A stretch of 64,000 nucleotides of DNA, taken from NCBI GenBank assembly GCA_020024325.1, contig JAHHTY010000001.1, positions 39-64,038 on the forward strand. The letters run 5' to 3'. The notes beneath the pieces were generated by a model. That model searched no databases and was not told the DNA's origin. It worked only from the letters and a program-made list of their open reading frames with translations. Source of the stretch: Negativibacillus sp. Its GTDB lineage: Bacteria > Bacillota > Clostridia > Oscillospirales > Ruminococcaceae. Position numbers and translations under genes: made by a program. Below, in pieces: positions 9,616 through 19,209 of the stretch (position 1 is the stretch's first letter; the number at the start of each line of letters is the position of its first letter).

Positions 9616-10506
9616 CTATTCCCCTTTTCGTTTTAAAATTTCTTCCTTCACACGTTCAAAGGCTTTTTCGTAACGGGTGGAGTGCATATTAGGGAATGCA
9701 CTGATTAAGCGACGGCGCAAAAAGCGATTTCGTTTTGCAACTTCTTTGATTCGGGTTTCCAAACGCTCGGCAGCTTCCCTTTTTTCTGTTGCAATCTTTG
9801 CTGCCCACTCTTTTTTGCGTTCTTCCAATCGTTTTGTGTGTTCGGTTTTTCTTTCCTCCAGGTATTCGCGCAGTTCCATCTTTCCAAGCTCAATGTCAAG
9901 CATATTCTGCTCCACTTTCTTTTGCAATTCCTGATGATTCTGCCTCAAATAATCCTCGGTATCCAGCTTTGCCTGTTCTACCATCTGTTGGAGCTGCTTG
10001 AGAGTTCCGTTCAGGTCAAGGATGGTGCGTACTGTTACCACAAGGTCACTCACAAGGATAACTGCCAATACCGCACTGAATGTTGTTTCCATCCAAAACG
10101 GTAAGCTTGAAACCATTCCCTGCACCACAGGATCAACACAACGTGTTGCAAAGACCGACAGAACACCAAACATCAGCGAGTTTTTTAAACATACTCTGCC
10201 GTGAATATTAAAACGATAGGTAGAATAGTCCCACCATTTTGTAGCAAACAGTTTTTCTAAAAGATACCCGGTGATATACTCAATTACACTGGTAACAATA
10301 ACCCCCAAAAGGAACAGCAAAATCAAATTTTCGCTTACAGGACGCAAGAAAAACAGAACCGACAAAGCACCGAATCCATACACAGGACACAGCGGACCAT
10401 TTAAAAATCCTCTGTTTACAAACTTTTTCTGACCCACGGAACAATAGATTGTTTCACAAAGCCATCCCAAAAAGCTGTATATTAAAAATGATAAAAACAG
10501 GTCCAA
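9616..10506 (-). CDS. Putative ABC-transporter permease family membrane protein (CmpB/DUF1113-like) with C-terminal coiled coil
   Basis: YSFLGWLCE, NRGFLNGPLCPVYG, WWDYS..FNIHGRVCL; AAGGAGG RBS and TTG start. Confidence 0.85.
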   Translation of the reverse strand: MDLFLSFLIYSFLGWLCETIYCSVGQKKFVNRGFLNGPLCPVYGFGALSVLFFLRPVSENLILLFLLGVIVTSVIEYITGYLLEKLFATKWWDYSTYRFNIHGRVCLKNSLMFGVLSVFATRCVDPVVQGMVSSLPFWMETTFSAVLAVILVSDLVVTVRTILDLNGTLKQLQQMVEQAKLDTEDYLRQNHQELQKKVEQNMLDIELGKMELREYLEERKTEHTKRLEERKKEWAAKIATEKREAAERLETRIKEVAKRNRFLRRRLISAFPNMHSTRYEKAFERVKEEILKRKGE

Positions 10507-10541
10507 AGTTTAGCCTCCTTCTGTTGAAACCATAAATTTTG

Positions 10542-11993
10542 CTAGACGTTTCCTCCCACAGGTTCCAAAACAATATCCCTGTTTGTTTCTTCACAACCAC
10601 TCTGACTGGCAACAAATCCCAAAGTGCTTTTTTCTTGTTTTGCATTACATTTTATTTTGTGCTGTGTACTATCATTTTCTTTTGGTGCTTCCTGATTTTT
10701 AGGATGATTATTCTTTTTTTGAGTTTGTACATCATCACTTTGTGACGAAGCAATCAAACGTGCATTTGCCAGCATCAGCTTAATTCTATTTTGCTGATTT
10801 ACCTTTGATGCGCTGGAGTCATAGTCTACTGCCACAATATTAGCTTGTGGATTTTTTTCTTTAATAACTCTCATCACACCTTTTCCGCAAATGTGGTTTG
10901 GCAGACAGCCAAACGGCTGAGTACAAACAATATTGTTGACCTTATAATGTTGAATCAGTTCTACCATTTCAGCGGTCAATAACCAACCTTCTCCCATCTT
11001 AACACCTTTGCTGATATATCCTTCAGTGGATTCAATGGTATTTTCAAAACGGCATGGTGGTTGGAAATCGCTGTTTTCTTCAATTAAACGAATCATATCG
11101 CTCTTTCGGTTACGCAAAAAACGGTTGACTTTGTGCATCACTGCTGCTTTTGCTTTTCCAATCCCATACAGTTGGTAATCAAACTCTGCGTTATGGGTAC
11201 AATACAATAAAAAGTCGAACAAACCGGGGCAAACAACTTCGCATCCTTCGGACAGAAGAAACTCTTCCAAATTATTGTTGCCTAAAGGAGAATATTTTAC
11301 ATAAATCTCGCCTACAACTCCTACCTTTATTTTTTCTTCCTGTGTTCGCTGTACTTTTTTGAAGCGGTCGATGATTTTTCTCATCAGCTGTGCAACTTCC
11401 TTCCAACGCAGCAGTTTTTTACAGAAAAGTTGCTGTGCCAATGCCACACTGTCCTCTACTGCCTTTTGGCTTTCCCCACTTTGTTTTTCATATGGTATAC
11501 ACTGATTGTACAATGTCATAATCAAATCACCGCACAAGCATCCATAAACTGCCTGCAGCAGCATAGAGATTGGCAAAGAAAAGCCGCCTGACTGCTCACT
11601 TTTAATAAAGCTTGCAGAGATGACCGGAATATCCCCATATCCGCATTTGTTCAATGCCTTGCGCAGCAAATGAATATAATTTGATGCTCGGCATCCACCA
11701 CCTGTTTGGGTAATCAGCAAAGCCACCTTGTCCAAAGGCAAATCACAATGTTCCAGTGCATCTATCATCTGACCGATGACAAGCTGTGCCGGATAACAGG
11801 TATCGTTATGTACATTTTTTAATCCTTGGTCAATCACACCTTGCCCAAAGTTATCTAAAATTCGGATATGATACCCATAATTTTCCAGAACATTACCCAG
11901 TATCTTAAAATGAATCGGCAACATTGTCGGAATCAGAATTGTGTGGGTCTTTTTCATCTCTTTGGTAAAAGGTACTTTTTTTATTTGTTCCAT
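10542..11993 (-). CDS. 2-hydroxyacyl-CoA dehydratase-family / activase partner subunit
   Basis: NDTCYPA, QTGGGCRASNY, GEIYVK, GEGWLL, QPFGCLPNH motifs. Confidence 0.85.
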   Translation of the reverse strand: MEQIKKVPFTKEMKKTHTILIPTMLPIHFKILGNVLENYGYHIRILDNFGQGVIDQGLKNVHNDTCYPAQLVIGQMIDALEHCDLPLDKVALLITQTGGGCRASNYIHLLRKALNKCGYGDIPVISASFIKSEQSGGFSLPISMLLQAVYGCLCGDLIMTLYNQCIPYEKQSGESQKAVEDSVALAQQLFCKKLLRWKEVAQLMRKIIDRFKKVQRTQEEKIKVGVVGEIYVKYSPLGNNNLEEFLLSEGCEVVCPGLFDFLLYCTHNAEFDYQLYGIGKAKAAVMHKVNRFLRNRKSDMIRLIEENSDFQPPCRFENTIESTEGYISKGVKMGEGWLLTAEMVELIQHYKVNNIVCTQPFGCLPNHICGKGVMRVIKEKNPQANIVAVDYDSSASKVNQQNRIKLMLANARLIASSQSDDVQTQKKNNHPKNQEAPKENDSTQHKIKCNAKQEKSTLGFVASQSGCEETNRDIVLEPVGGNV

Positions 11994-12061
11994 CTAAAAC
12001 CATACCTTTCTGTTGCTTATAAGTCAAATTTTTATTTTTTAACTGCTAAACATCTGCTGCC

Positions 12062-15040
12062 CTACTTTTTATTGTGGGCATCTCGCTCCTTCACTGCTCC
12101 AATTAAGGAACGCAAACGAATCTTAACTGCACCCAGATTGTTGATTTCATCAATTTTCAGCTGAGTATACAACCGACCGCCTTGTGCCAGAATTGCGGAA
12201 ACTTCATCGGTGGTTATTGCATCAATTCCACAGCCAAAAGAAACCAACTGAACCAGTTCACAGTCATCATGTTCGGTAACATATTTTGCTGCATTATATA
12301 ATCTGGAATGGTAAGTCCATTGGTTTAATACATTCGGACGAACCGGTTCTACCAAATCCGCTACACAATCCTCGGTAATTACCACTAATCCTAACGAGGT
12401 CATCAGCTGGTTAATACCGTGATTGATTTCCGGATCGATATGGTAAGGTCTGCCACATAAAACAATTGTTTTTAGATGATTCTCCCGTGCAAACTGCAAT
12501 GCTTGCTGTCCTTTCGCCTTAATATCCTCAATCTGATTGTGATAACGCTCATAAGCATTCTTAGCTGCCTTTTTTACTTCTTTACGTGTAATATCCGGGA
12601 ATTCTTTGTTCAGCGCTTCCCAAATTTTTTTAGGAAATTCCTTTTGTGCCGATAAATTAAGATATGGATACAGATAGCGTACCGATTTTAATTTATCCAC
12701 ATTGGAAGACAACAGCTCCGGATAGTATGCAACCACCGGACAATTAAAATGATTATCACCCTTATGTTCATCAAAATTATAACTCATGCAAGGGTAAAAT
12801 ATTGTATCTGCACCTTTTTCCAGCAGGTTTTCGATATGACCGTGCATCAGCTTTGCCGGGTAGCACGCTGTATCGGAAGGAACAGAATACTGCCCTTTTG
12901 CATACAGCTGTCGGGAAGAAAGATCGGAAATTATGATATCAAAGTCAAGTGTACGGAAAAACTCAACCCAGAAAAAGAGGTTCTCATACATATTTAGTCC
13001 AAGAGGAAGCCCAATAGTACCTCTCTTAGCAGGGTCTTGCTTTCTTTTTCGGTCACACTCTTGACGAAGTGCATCAATCTGCTCTAACTTATAACGGTAT
13101 AAATCCGGCAGTTCTTTTTCTTTTCCTAATCCCAGTGGTTTTTCACATCGATTTCCCGAAATATAGCGTTCTCCTCCGGCAAAGGTGTTGATGGTCAAAT
13201 TGCAGTGGTTTGTACAACCTTTGCAGACTACCGGTTTCGATTCATGTTCAAACTGTTCCAGTTCCTGCTTTGATAAGATTGTGGATTCTCTGTCTTTTTG
13301 TCCTGCCTCATAAATCCCCTTACCATAAATAGCAGCTCCATAAGCTCCCATCAAACCGGCAATGTTGGGACGGACAACCGGATGCCCAATCTCCTGTTCA
13401 AAACTTCTGAGGACTGCATCATTCAGGAAGGTTCCGCCCTGCACCACAATGTGCTCGCCCAGCTCGGCGGCATTGCGGGCACGGATAACCTTATAAAGCA
13501 CGTTTTTCACAACACTCATCGAAAGACCGGCTGAGATGTCCTCAACACTTGCCCCATCCTTTTGCGCCTGCTTAACCGACGAATTCATAAACACGGTGCA
13601 TCTGGAACCCAAATCCACCGGATATTTTGAGAACAGACCCAAATGTGCAAACTGCTCCGCAGTATATCCCATCGACTTTGCAAAAGTTTCAATAAAAGAG
13701 CCACATCCCGAAGAACACGCCTCATTCAGCATGATAGAGTCAATCGCATCATCTTTTATTTTAAAACATTTGATGTCCTGTCCACCAATATCCAAAATAA
13801 AATCGACCTTAGGGTCAAAGTGCTGTGCCGCCTTAAAATGAGCAATCGTTTCCACAATACCGTCATCCAGATGAAATGCGTGTTTAATCAGTTCCTCTCC
13901 ATATCCGGTGGATACGGCATATCGAATGGTAATGCGCTCCCCACACACTTCATAAATTTTTTTAAGCTGTTCTCTGACAATCTGTACCGGATTGCCCTGA
14001 TTTGAACTGTAATAACAATAGAGCGTTTCATAGGAATCGCTCATTAAAACTAATTTTGTTGTGGTCGAGCCGCAGTCAATTCCAAGATATGCATCTCCGC
14101 TGTATTGGGAAGCATCTTTCCATGGAACATTTGCTTTGTGGTGTCTTTTTACAAACTCATCATGTTCTTTTTCACTGGTAAACAGCGGTTTTAGATATTG
14201 CGTTGTTTTTGAGCGGGAGGATGCGTTTTCCAGTGTGGAAATAAATTCCTCATATGTATATTCTTTTTCCAAACCTCTGGTAAAAATGGCAGTACCCATG
14301 GCAACCGCATACTGAGCCCAGGATGGAAAAACTGCATTTTCCTTTGAAAGTTTCAGTGTCTGTGCAAAGCGCTGCTGTAATCCCTTAAAGAAAAAGAGCG
14401 GACCTCCTAAAAACAATACCTTACCTTCAATTTTTCTTCCTTGGCTTAATCCTGTGACCGTTTGATCAACCACAGCTTGGAAAATACTTGCGGAAACGTC
14501 TTCTTTTCTCGCACCTTGATTGAGCAGCGGCTGAATGTCCGTTTTTGCAAAAACACCACAGCGAGAAGCAATTGGATAAATTCTTTCGTGCTTTAAACTA
14601 AGGCTGTCCAGCTCCTCAGGCGTGATGTTGAGCAAAGTTGCCATCTGGTCAATGAACGCTCCTGTACCACCTGCACAACTTCCATTCATTCTTTCTTCCA
14701 ATCCGCCACTGAGGAAAATAACCTTTGCATCTTCTCCTCCCAGCTCGATAACTGCATCGGTATCCGGTTCATATTCCATAACTGTTTTATAAGTAGCAAA
14801 TACCTCTTGAACAAAATCAACCCCGGCATCTTCTGAAAATCCAAGTCCTGCAGACCCGGATATCGCCGCATGAAATTTTGTTCCTTCCAGAAATTTTCTT
14901 GCACCTGCAAGTGCTTGCAGAGTTGCCTGCCGCACCTGTGACATATGGCGCTGATAAACCTGATAAAGGATCTTTTCTTCTTCCATAACAACAACTTTAA
15001 CTGTTGTCGAACCAATATCAATTCCTACGTTTCTACTCAA
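12062..15040 (-). CDS. CoA-substrate-specific enzyme activase (two BcrAD/BadFG ATPase domains plus DUF2229-like domain)
   Basis: GIDIGSTT...GGEDAK...MNGSCAGGTG; GIDCGSTT...GGQDIK...NEACSSGCG; SDTACYPAK; probable TTG start at 15040 after GGGGAG. Confidence 0.88.
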   Translation of the reverse strand: MSRNVGIDIGSTTVKVVVMEEEKILYQVYQRHMSQVRQATLQALAGARKFLEGTKFHAAISGSAGLGFSEDAGVDFVQEVFATYKTVMEYEPDTDAVIELGGEDAKVIFLSGGLEERMNGSCAGGTGAFIDQMATLLNITPEELDSLSLKHERIYPIASRCGVFAKTDIQPLLNQGARKEDVSASIFQAVVDQTVTGLSQGRKIEGKVLFLGGPLFFFKGLQQRFAQTLKLSKENAVFPSWAQYAVAMGTAIFTRGLEKEYTYEEFISTLENASSRSKTTQYLKPLFTSEKEHDEFVKRHHKANVPWKDASQYSGDAYLGIDCGSTTTKLVLMSDSYETLYCYYSSNQGNPVQIVREQLKKIYEVCGERITIRYAVSTGYGEELIKHAFHLDDGIVETIAHFKAAQHFDPKVDFILDIGGQDIKCFKIKDDAIDSIMLNEACSSGCGSFIETFAKSMGYTAEQFAHLGLFSKYPVDLGSRCTVFMNSSVKQAQKDGASVEDISAGLSMSVVKNVLYKVIRARNAAELGEHIVVQGGTFLNDAVLRSFEQEIGHPVVRPNIAGLMGAYGAAIYGKGIYEAGQKDRESTILSKQELEQFEHESKPVVCKGCTNHCNLTINTFAGGERYISGNRCEKPLGLGKEKELPDLYRYKLEQIDALRQECDRKRKQDPAKRGTIGLPLGLNMYENLFFWVEFFRTLDFDIIISDLSSRQLYAKGQYSVPSDTACYPAKLMHGHIENLLEKGADTIFYPCMSYNFDEHKGDNHFNCPVVAYYPELLSSNVDKLKSVRYLYPYLNLSAQKEFPKKIWEALNKEFPDITRKEVKKAAKNAYERYHNQIEDIKAKGQQALQFARENHLKTIVLCGRPYHIDPEINHGINQLMTSLGLVVITEDCVADLVEPVRPNVLNQWTYHSRLYNAAKYVTEHDDCELVQLVSFGCGIDAITTDEVSAILAQGGRLYTQLKIDEINNLGAVKIRLRSLIGAVKERDAHNKK

Positions 15041-15204
15041 TATTCTCCCCTGCCGTTTCCAAAACACATGGCATTTTTCATTAAGCCCGTAGTAAAAGGC
15101 TGCCATATTGCCCCTGTTTTTCTGCATTACAACTTTTCTGTGTATCTCTCAGTTTTGCAAAAGTTTCCTATTTATTAGGGCAGTATTCTTTTTGTGTATC
15201 TCAT

Positions 15205-15233
15205 ATTATAAAGCCTTATAAAAAAAGTGTCAA
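15205..15233 (-). promoter_or_regulatory. Consensus sigma-A promoter of the activase operon
   Basis: Minus strand TTGACA-17bp-TATAAT. Confidence 0.8.
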
Positions 15234-15363
15234 TTATTACAAAATGCAATTCACATTCTATTCAGAATTACTTTTTTCTATAACATAAATTGTCAAAATT
15301 TTACATCATTTTATATTAAATTATATGAATTTTGCAGAAATTTGCTTTAACGCGTAAAAGCAG

Positions 15364-15392
15364 TTGACAGATATATAAAACTGTCGTATATT
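15364..15392 (+). promoter_or_regulatory. sigma-A promoter of the aro leader and operon
   Basis: TTGACA-17bp-TATATT. Confidence 0.75.
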
Positions 15393-15448
15393 TTTTATAT
15401 CGCAGTTTTATATTTACAGTAAGCTGTCTTTGAGCAGGAGGATTTTTT

Positions 15449-15526
15449 ATGAACCGCAAACCGATGACATCCTATTTTTTTGCATACTTTTTAAGTGCAG
15501 ATCGATTTTATCATGCAAACTTTTAA
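15449..15526 (+). CDS. Phe/Tyr-rich leader peptide MNRKPMTSYFFAYFLSADRFYHANF (putative attenuator uORF)
   Basis: AGGAGG RBS 7 nt upstream; 5 Phe and 3 Tyr in 25 codons; lies between the promoter and a terminator ahead of aroB-aroA-aroC-pheA. Confidence 0.8.
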   Translation: MNRKPMTSYFFAYFLSADRFYHANF

Positions 15527-15624
15527 TACAGGTGCCAAAAGAAAAGGGTTGCGGCAAAGCAGCATTTATCACTGCTATGTTGTAAACAAAAGATTTTCCG
15601 AAAAATAATTCCGGTTTCAAATCT

Positions 15625-15664
15625 GCCGATGCTTTTGACAAAAAGCATCGGTCTTTTTATTTTG
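15625..15664 (+). terminator. Attenuator terminator upstream of aroB
   Basis: GCCGATGCTTTT-GACA-AAAAGCATCGGT followed by CTTTTTATTTT. Confidence 0.8.
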
Positions 15665-15765
15665 ACTATAATCTAAACTGACAAACAGTTTCATTCTGCT
15701 ACTGATAATATAAAAAAAGTTTCTTCACCTAAAATATTTTCCCTTGAAAGGAGCTGTGATTTCAC

Positions 15766-16827
15766 TTGAAAACTGTAACCGTTAATGCAAGTGTTACCTA
15801 CGATGTTCTCATTGAAAATGGTTGTTTGAAGCAATGCGGCACATTTGCCGGCAAAGTTTTTGATTCTTCTTCCACCGCTGCCATCATCACAGATGACACT
15901 GTTGCCCATCTGTATCTTGACACTGTTATTTCTTCTTTGCAAAGTGCAGGTTTTTCAGTTTGTTCTTTTATTTTTCCACACGGAGAAGATTCCAAGTCCT
16001 CCTCTGTACTGATGGAGGTCTATCATTTTCTTGCCGAAAACAATATTACCCGAACAGATTTTATTGTTGCACTCGGAGGCGGTGTTGTTGGTGATCTTGC
16101 AGGATTTGCTGCTGCCACCTATCTGCGTGGAATTCGTTTTATGCAAATACCCACAACCTTTCTTGCAGCGATTGATTCTTCCGTAGGCGGAAAAACAGCT
16201 ATCAATATTGATGCCGGAAAAAACCTTGTCGGCGCCTTTCACCAGCCATCGCTTGTTGTTTGTGACCCTACTGTTTTTCGCACTCTCTCTTGTCAAATCT
16301 TTGCAGACGGATGTGCTGAAATGATTAAATATGCCATGATTTGGAGTGAAGACTTCCTGCAATTATTGGAACAGTGTAAACTTCAAAATCAAATAGAAGA
16401 TATCATTGCTTATTGCGTCGATATTAAGCGTCAAGTTGTCGAACAAGATGAGAATGATTGCGGTATCCGCATGATTTTAAACTATGGTCACACCCTTGGT
16501 CATGCTATCGAAAAGGTAACTGAACATACTGTTACTCACGGTCAGGGCGTTGCGATGGGAATGATGTTGATTACCCGTTTGGGCATTCGGATGGGCTTGT
16601 GTGATTCTTCCCTCCTTAGACGTCTGTCATCTATTCTGCAAAAGTATCATCTACCTACTGTATATGATGGCTCTCTTGCCGAACTTGCTCAAGTATGCCT
16701 TTTGGATAAAAAAAGGGCAGGAAAACAAATTCGCTTGATTTTTGTTTCCACACCCGGTCAAGCTCAAATTGTTCCTGTTGATACCGATATTTTAACAACA
16801 ATGCTAAAGGGGGAACTGCCATGCTAA
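15766..16827 (+). CDS. aroB: 3-dehydroquinate synthase
   Basis: GGGVVGDLAGFAAATYLRG, PTT.LA.IDSSVGGKT, LNYGHTLGHAIE; TTG start after AAAGGAG. Confidence 0.96.
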   Translation: MKTVTVNASVTYDVLIENGCLKQCGTFAGKVFDSSSTAAIITDDTVAHLYLDTVISSLQSAGFSVCSFIFPHGEDSKSSSVLMEVYHFLAENNITRTDFIVALGGGVVGDLAGFAAATYLRGIRFMQIPTTFLAAIDSSVGGKTAINIDAGKNLVGAFHQPSLVVCDPTVFRTLSCQIFADGCAEMIKYAMIWSEDFLQLLEQCKLQNQIEDIIAYCVDIKRQVVEQDENDCGIRMILNYGHTLGHAIEKVTEHTVTHGQGVAMGMMLITRLGIRMGLCDSSLLRRLSSILQKYHLPTVYDGSLAELAQVCLLDKKRAGKQIRLIFVSTPGQAQIVPVDTDILTTMLKGELPC

Positions 16828-18116
16828 CCTACTCTGTTCATGGTTCTTTATCCGGCATTGTAGAGGCTCCTATCTCTAAATCAGACCTGCATCGCCTCAT
16901 TCTTGCTTGTTCTTTGGCTCATGGCAGAACTCTCATTCAACGCTGTACCATTTCCGAAGATATCCGTGCAACGGCTCGTGTCATGCAATCAGCCGGGGCA
17001 ACCATTCAATTTCAAGACAACAATATCTTAGTTGAGGGCATTTCTTCTCATCCCACTGCCCCCCTGCAATGTGATTGCTCTGAATCCGGTTCTACACTGC
17101 GTTTTCTTGTTCCTGTATTTGCTGCTTTAGGGTATCGGGCAACCTTTATCGGTCATGGAAAACTTCCACAGCGTCCCATGCAGCCATTGCTGTCTGAACT
17201 TGCGGCTCATGGTATCAGCATCACCCTTCCTGAAAACGGAGATGCTCTCCCGTTGCAAATTTCAGGAACTCTGCAAGGTGGAACCTTTACTTTTTCCGGC
17301 AGTATCAGCTCTCAATATATCACTGGATTGATGTTCTCCCTTCCACTTCTGGAAGAGGACAGCCGCATTGTGCTTACCTCTCCACTGGAATCCAAAGGAT
17401 ATGTTGATATGACTGTCCGTGTTCTGCAACAATTTGGTGTTCAAATCAATCAAACAGAAAGTGGTTGGGAAATTCCCGGTAGGCAAAAGTTTCACAGCCC
17501 GGGACAGATTGTTGCTCAAGGAGATTGGAGCAACGCTGCCTTTTGGATTTGTGCAGGTTCTATCTGCCCTAAATCCGAAATCACCGTTAACGGTATCGAC
17601 CCTTCTTCTCTTCAGGGAGACAAGGCTGTCTGTAACGTTTTACAACAAATGGGAGCTTCCCTTTCCATTCATCAAAACTCTGTCAGTGTAAAACATTCTG
17701 CTTTGCATCATACTGTCATTGATGCTTCACAGATTCCTGATATCATCCCTATTTTATCCGTCGCTGCTGCAGTGGCAGAAGGAGAAACCCACATCATTCA
17801 TGCAGAAAGGCTGCGCATTAAAGAAAGTGACCGTCTTCATGCGATGTACGATTGTCTTAACCGCATCGGTGCTGATGTCACAGAGCTTAAAGACGGGTTG
17901 ATCATTCGAGGAAAATCCATCCTTTCGGGAGGTACTGTCCACTCTTTCCAAGATCACCGCATTGCTATGTCCATGGCGGTTGCTTCGCTTGTCTGTAAAG
18001 AACCTGTACTGATTCAGGAGCCGCTTTGTGTTGCAAAATCATATCCTAATTTCTATAAAATTTTTCAATCGTTAGGAGGAACGGTCAATGTCGTCAACAT
18101 GGGGGAAAAATATTAA
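16821..18116 (+). CDS. aroA: 3-phosphoshikimate 1-carboxyvinyltransferase (EPSP synthase)
   Basis: SKSDLHR, ESGSTLRF, SSQYITG, LRIKESDR, DHRIAM, KSYP. Confidence 0.96.
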   Translation: MLTYSVHGSLSGIVEAPISKSDLHRLILACSLAHGRTLIQRCTISEDIRATARVMQSAGATIQFQDNNILVEGISSHPTAPLQCDCSESGSTLRFLVPVFAALGYRATFIGHGKLPQRPMQPLLSELAAHGISITLPENGDALPLQISGTLQGGTFTFSGSISSQYITGLMFSLPLLEEDSRIVLTSPLESKGYVDMTVRVLQQFGVQINQTESGWEIPGRQKFHSPGQIVAQGDWSNAAFWICAGSICPKSEITVNGIDPSSLQGDKAVCNVLQQMGASLSIHQNSVSVKHSALHHTVIDASQIPDIIPILSVAAAVAEGETHIIHAERLRIKESDRLHAMYDCLNRIGADVTELKDGLIIRGKSILSGGTVHSFQDHRIAMSMAVASLVCKEPVLIQEPLCVAKSYPNFYKIFQSLGGTVNVVNMGEKY

Positions 18117-19209
18117 AATATCTATCTTCGGTGAAAGCCATTCCAAAGGAATCGGTGTTGTAATAGACGGACTTCCTGCCGGAACAAAGATTAACTTTCC
18201 CGAACTTCTCCAATTTATGGCACGAAGAAGCTCGCAGGGCGGAAAACTGGACACTCCTCGTTTAGAAAAAGATTTTCCTAAAATCCAATGTGGTTTGCTT
18301 GCCGATCACCAATCGCCTGACATTTTGATTGCTTGTGGAACACCTGTCTGTGCCTTGATTGAAAATACAAACACTCGCCCTAAAGATTATGAAAAGCTGA
18401 GCTGTGTTGCCCGTCCGGGACACGCCGACTATACCGGCTTTATCCGCTACCATGGTCACAATGATACACGGGGCGGAGGTCATTTTTCCGGCAGATTGAC
18501 AGCTCCTCTTTGCTTTGCCGGAGCTATTGCAAAACAATTTCTTCGATGCCGTGGCATTGAAATCGGGGCACACATCGCTGCTGTCGGTCCGGTACAGGAT
18601 ATTCCATTTAATCCTACTGAAATTGACCATAAAACTTTGCTGACAGTTCAGAAAAAATTCTTTCCCGTTTTAGATGATGACGCCGGTCAAAAAATGCAGC
18701 AGCAAATTGCTGACAGCCGTGACCTGCTGGACTCGGTGGGCGGAATCATTGAATGTGCCGCGGTCGGACTTTCTGCGGGTATCGGAGATCCTATGTTTGA
18801 TTGTATAGAAAGCAAAATTGCTTCTCTTGTGTTTGGGATTCCTGCCGTTAAAGGATTGGAATTTGGTTTAGGCTTTGGCTTTGCTTCTTTGCATGGCAGC
18901 AAGAGCAATGACCCTTTCTGTATTCAAGACGGCAACATTAAAACAACCTCTAACCACAACGGCGGCATCCTTGGTGGTATCAGCAATGGTATGCCTGTGC
19001 TTTTCCGTACTGTGATAAAACCTACGCCTTCCATTTCTCAAAAGCAAAAAACCGTAAATTTTAAAACAGGAGAAGAAACCGAGCTTACCATCAACGGACG
19101 CCATGACCCCTGTATTGTCCGTCGTGCCGTTCCTTGTATCGAATCAGCAGCAGCACTTGCCTTAATGGATCTTCTTTTAGAGCATCCATATCCGATGGAG
19201 GAAATGTAA
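18088..19209 (+). CDS. aroC: Chorismate synthase
   Basis: GESH, RPGHAD, GGGHFSGR, NHNGGILGGISNG, GRHDPCI. Confidence 0.96.
   Translation: MSSTWGKNIKISIFGESHSKGIGVVIDGLPAGTKINFPELLQFMARRSSQGGKLDTPRLEKDFPKIQCGLLADHQSPDILIACGTPVCALIENTNTRPKDYEKLSCVARPGHADYTGFIRYHGHNDTRGGGHFSGRLTAPLCFAGAIAKQFLRCRGIEIGAHIAAVGPVQDIPFNPTEIDHKTLLTVQKKFFPVLDDDAGQKMQQQIADSRDLLDSVGGIIECAAVGLSAGIGDPMFDCIESKIASLVFGIPAVKGLEFGLGFGFASLHGSKSNDPFCIQDGNIKTTSNHNGGILGGISNGMPVLFRTVIKPTPSISQKQKTVNFKTGEETELTINGRHDPCIVRRAVPCIESAAALALMDLLLEHPYPMEEM

Noticed and set aside
15399..15665. T-box riboswitch upstream of aroB
   Set aside because: No GGTGGNACC-type T-box sequence seen; the uORF with RBS explains the region better
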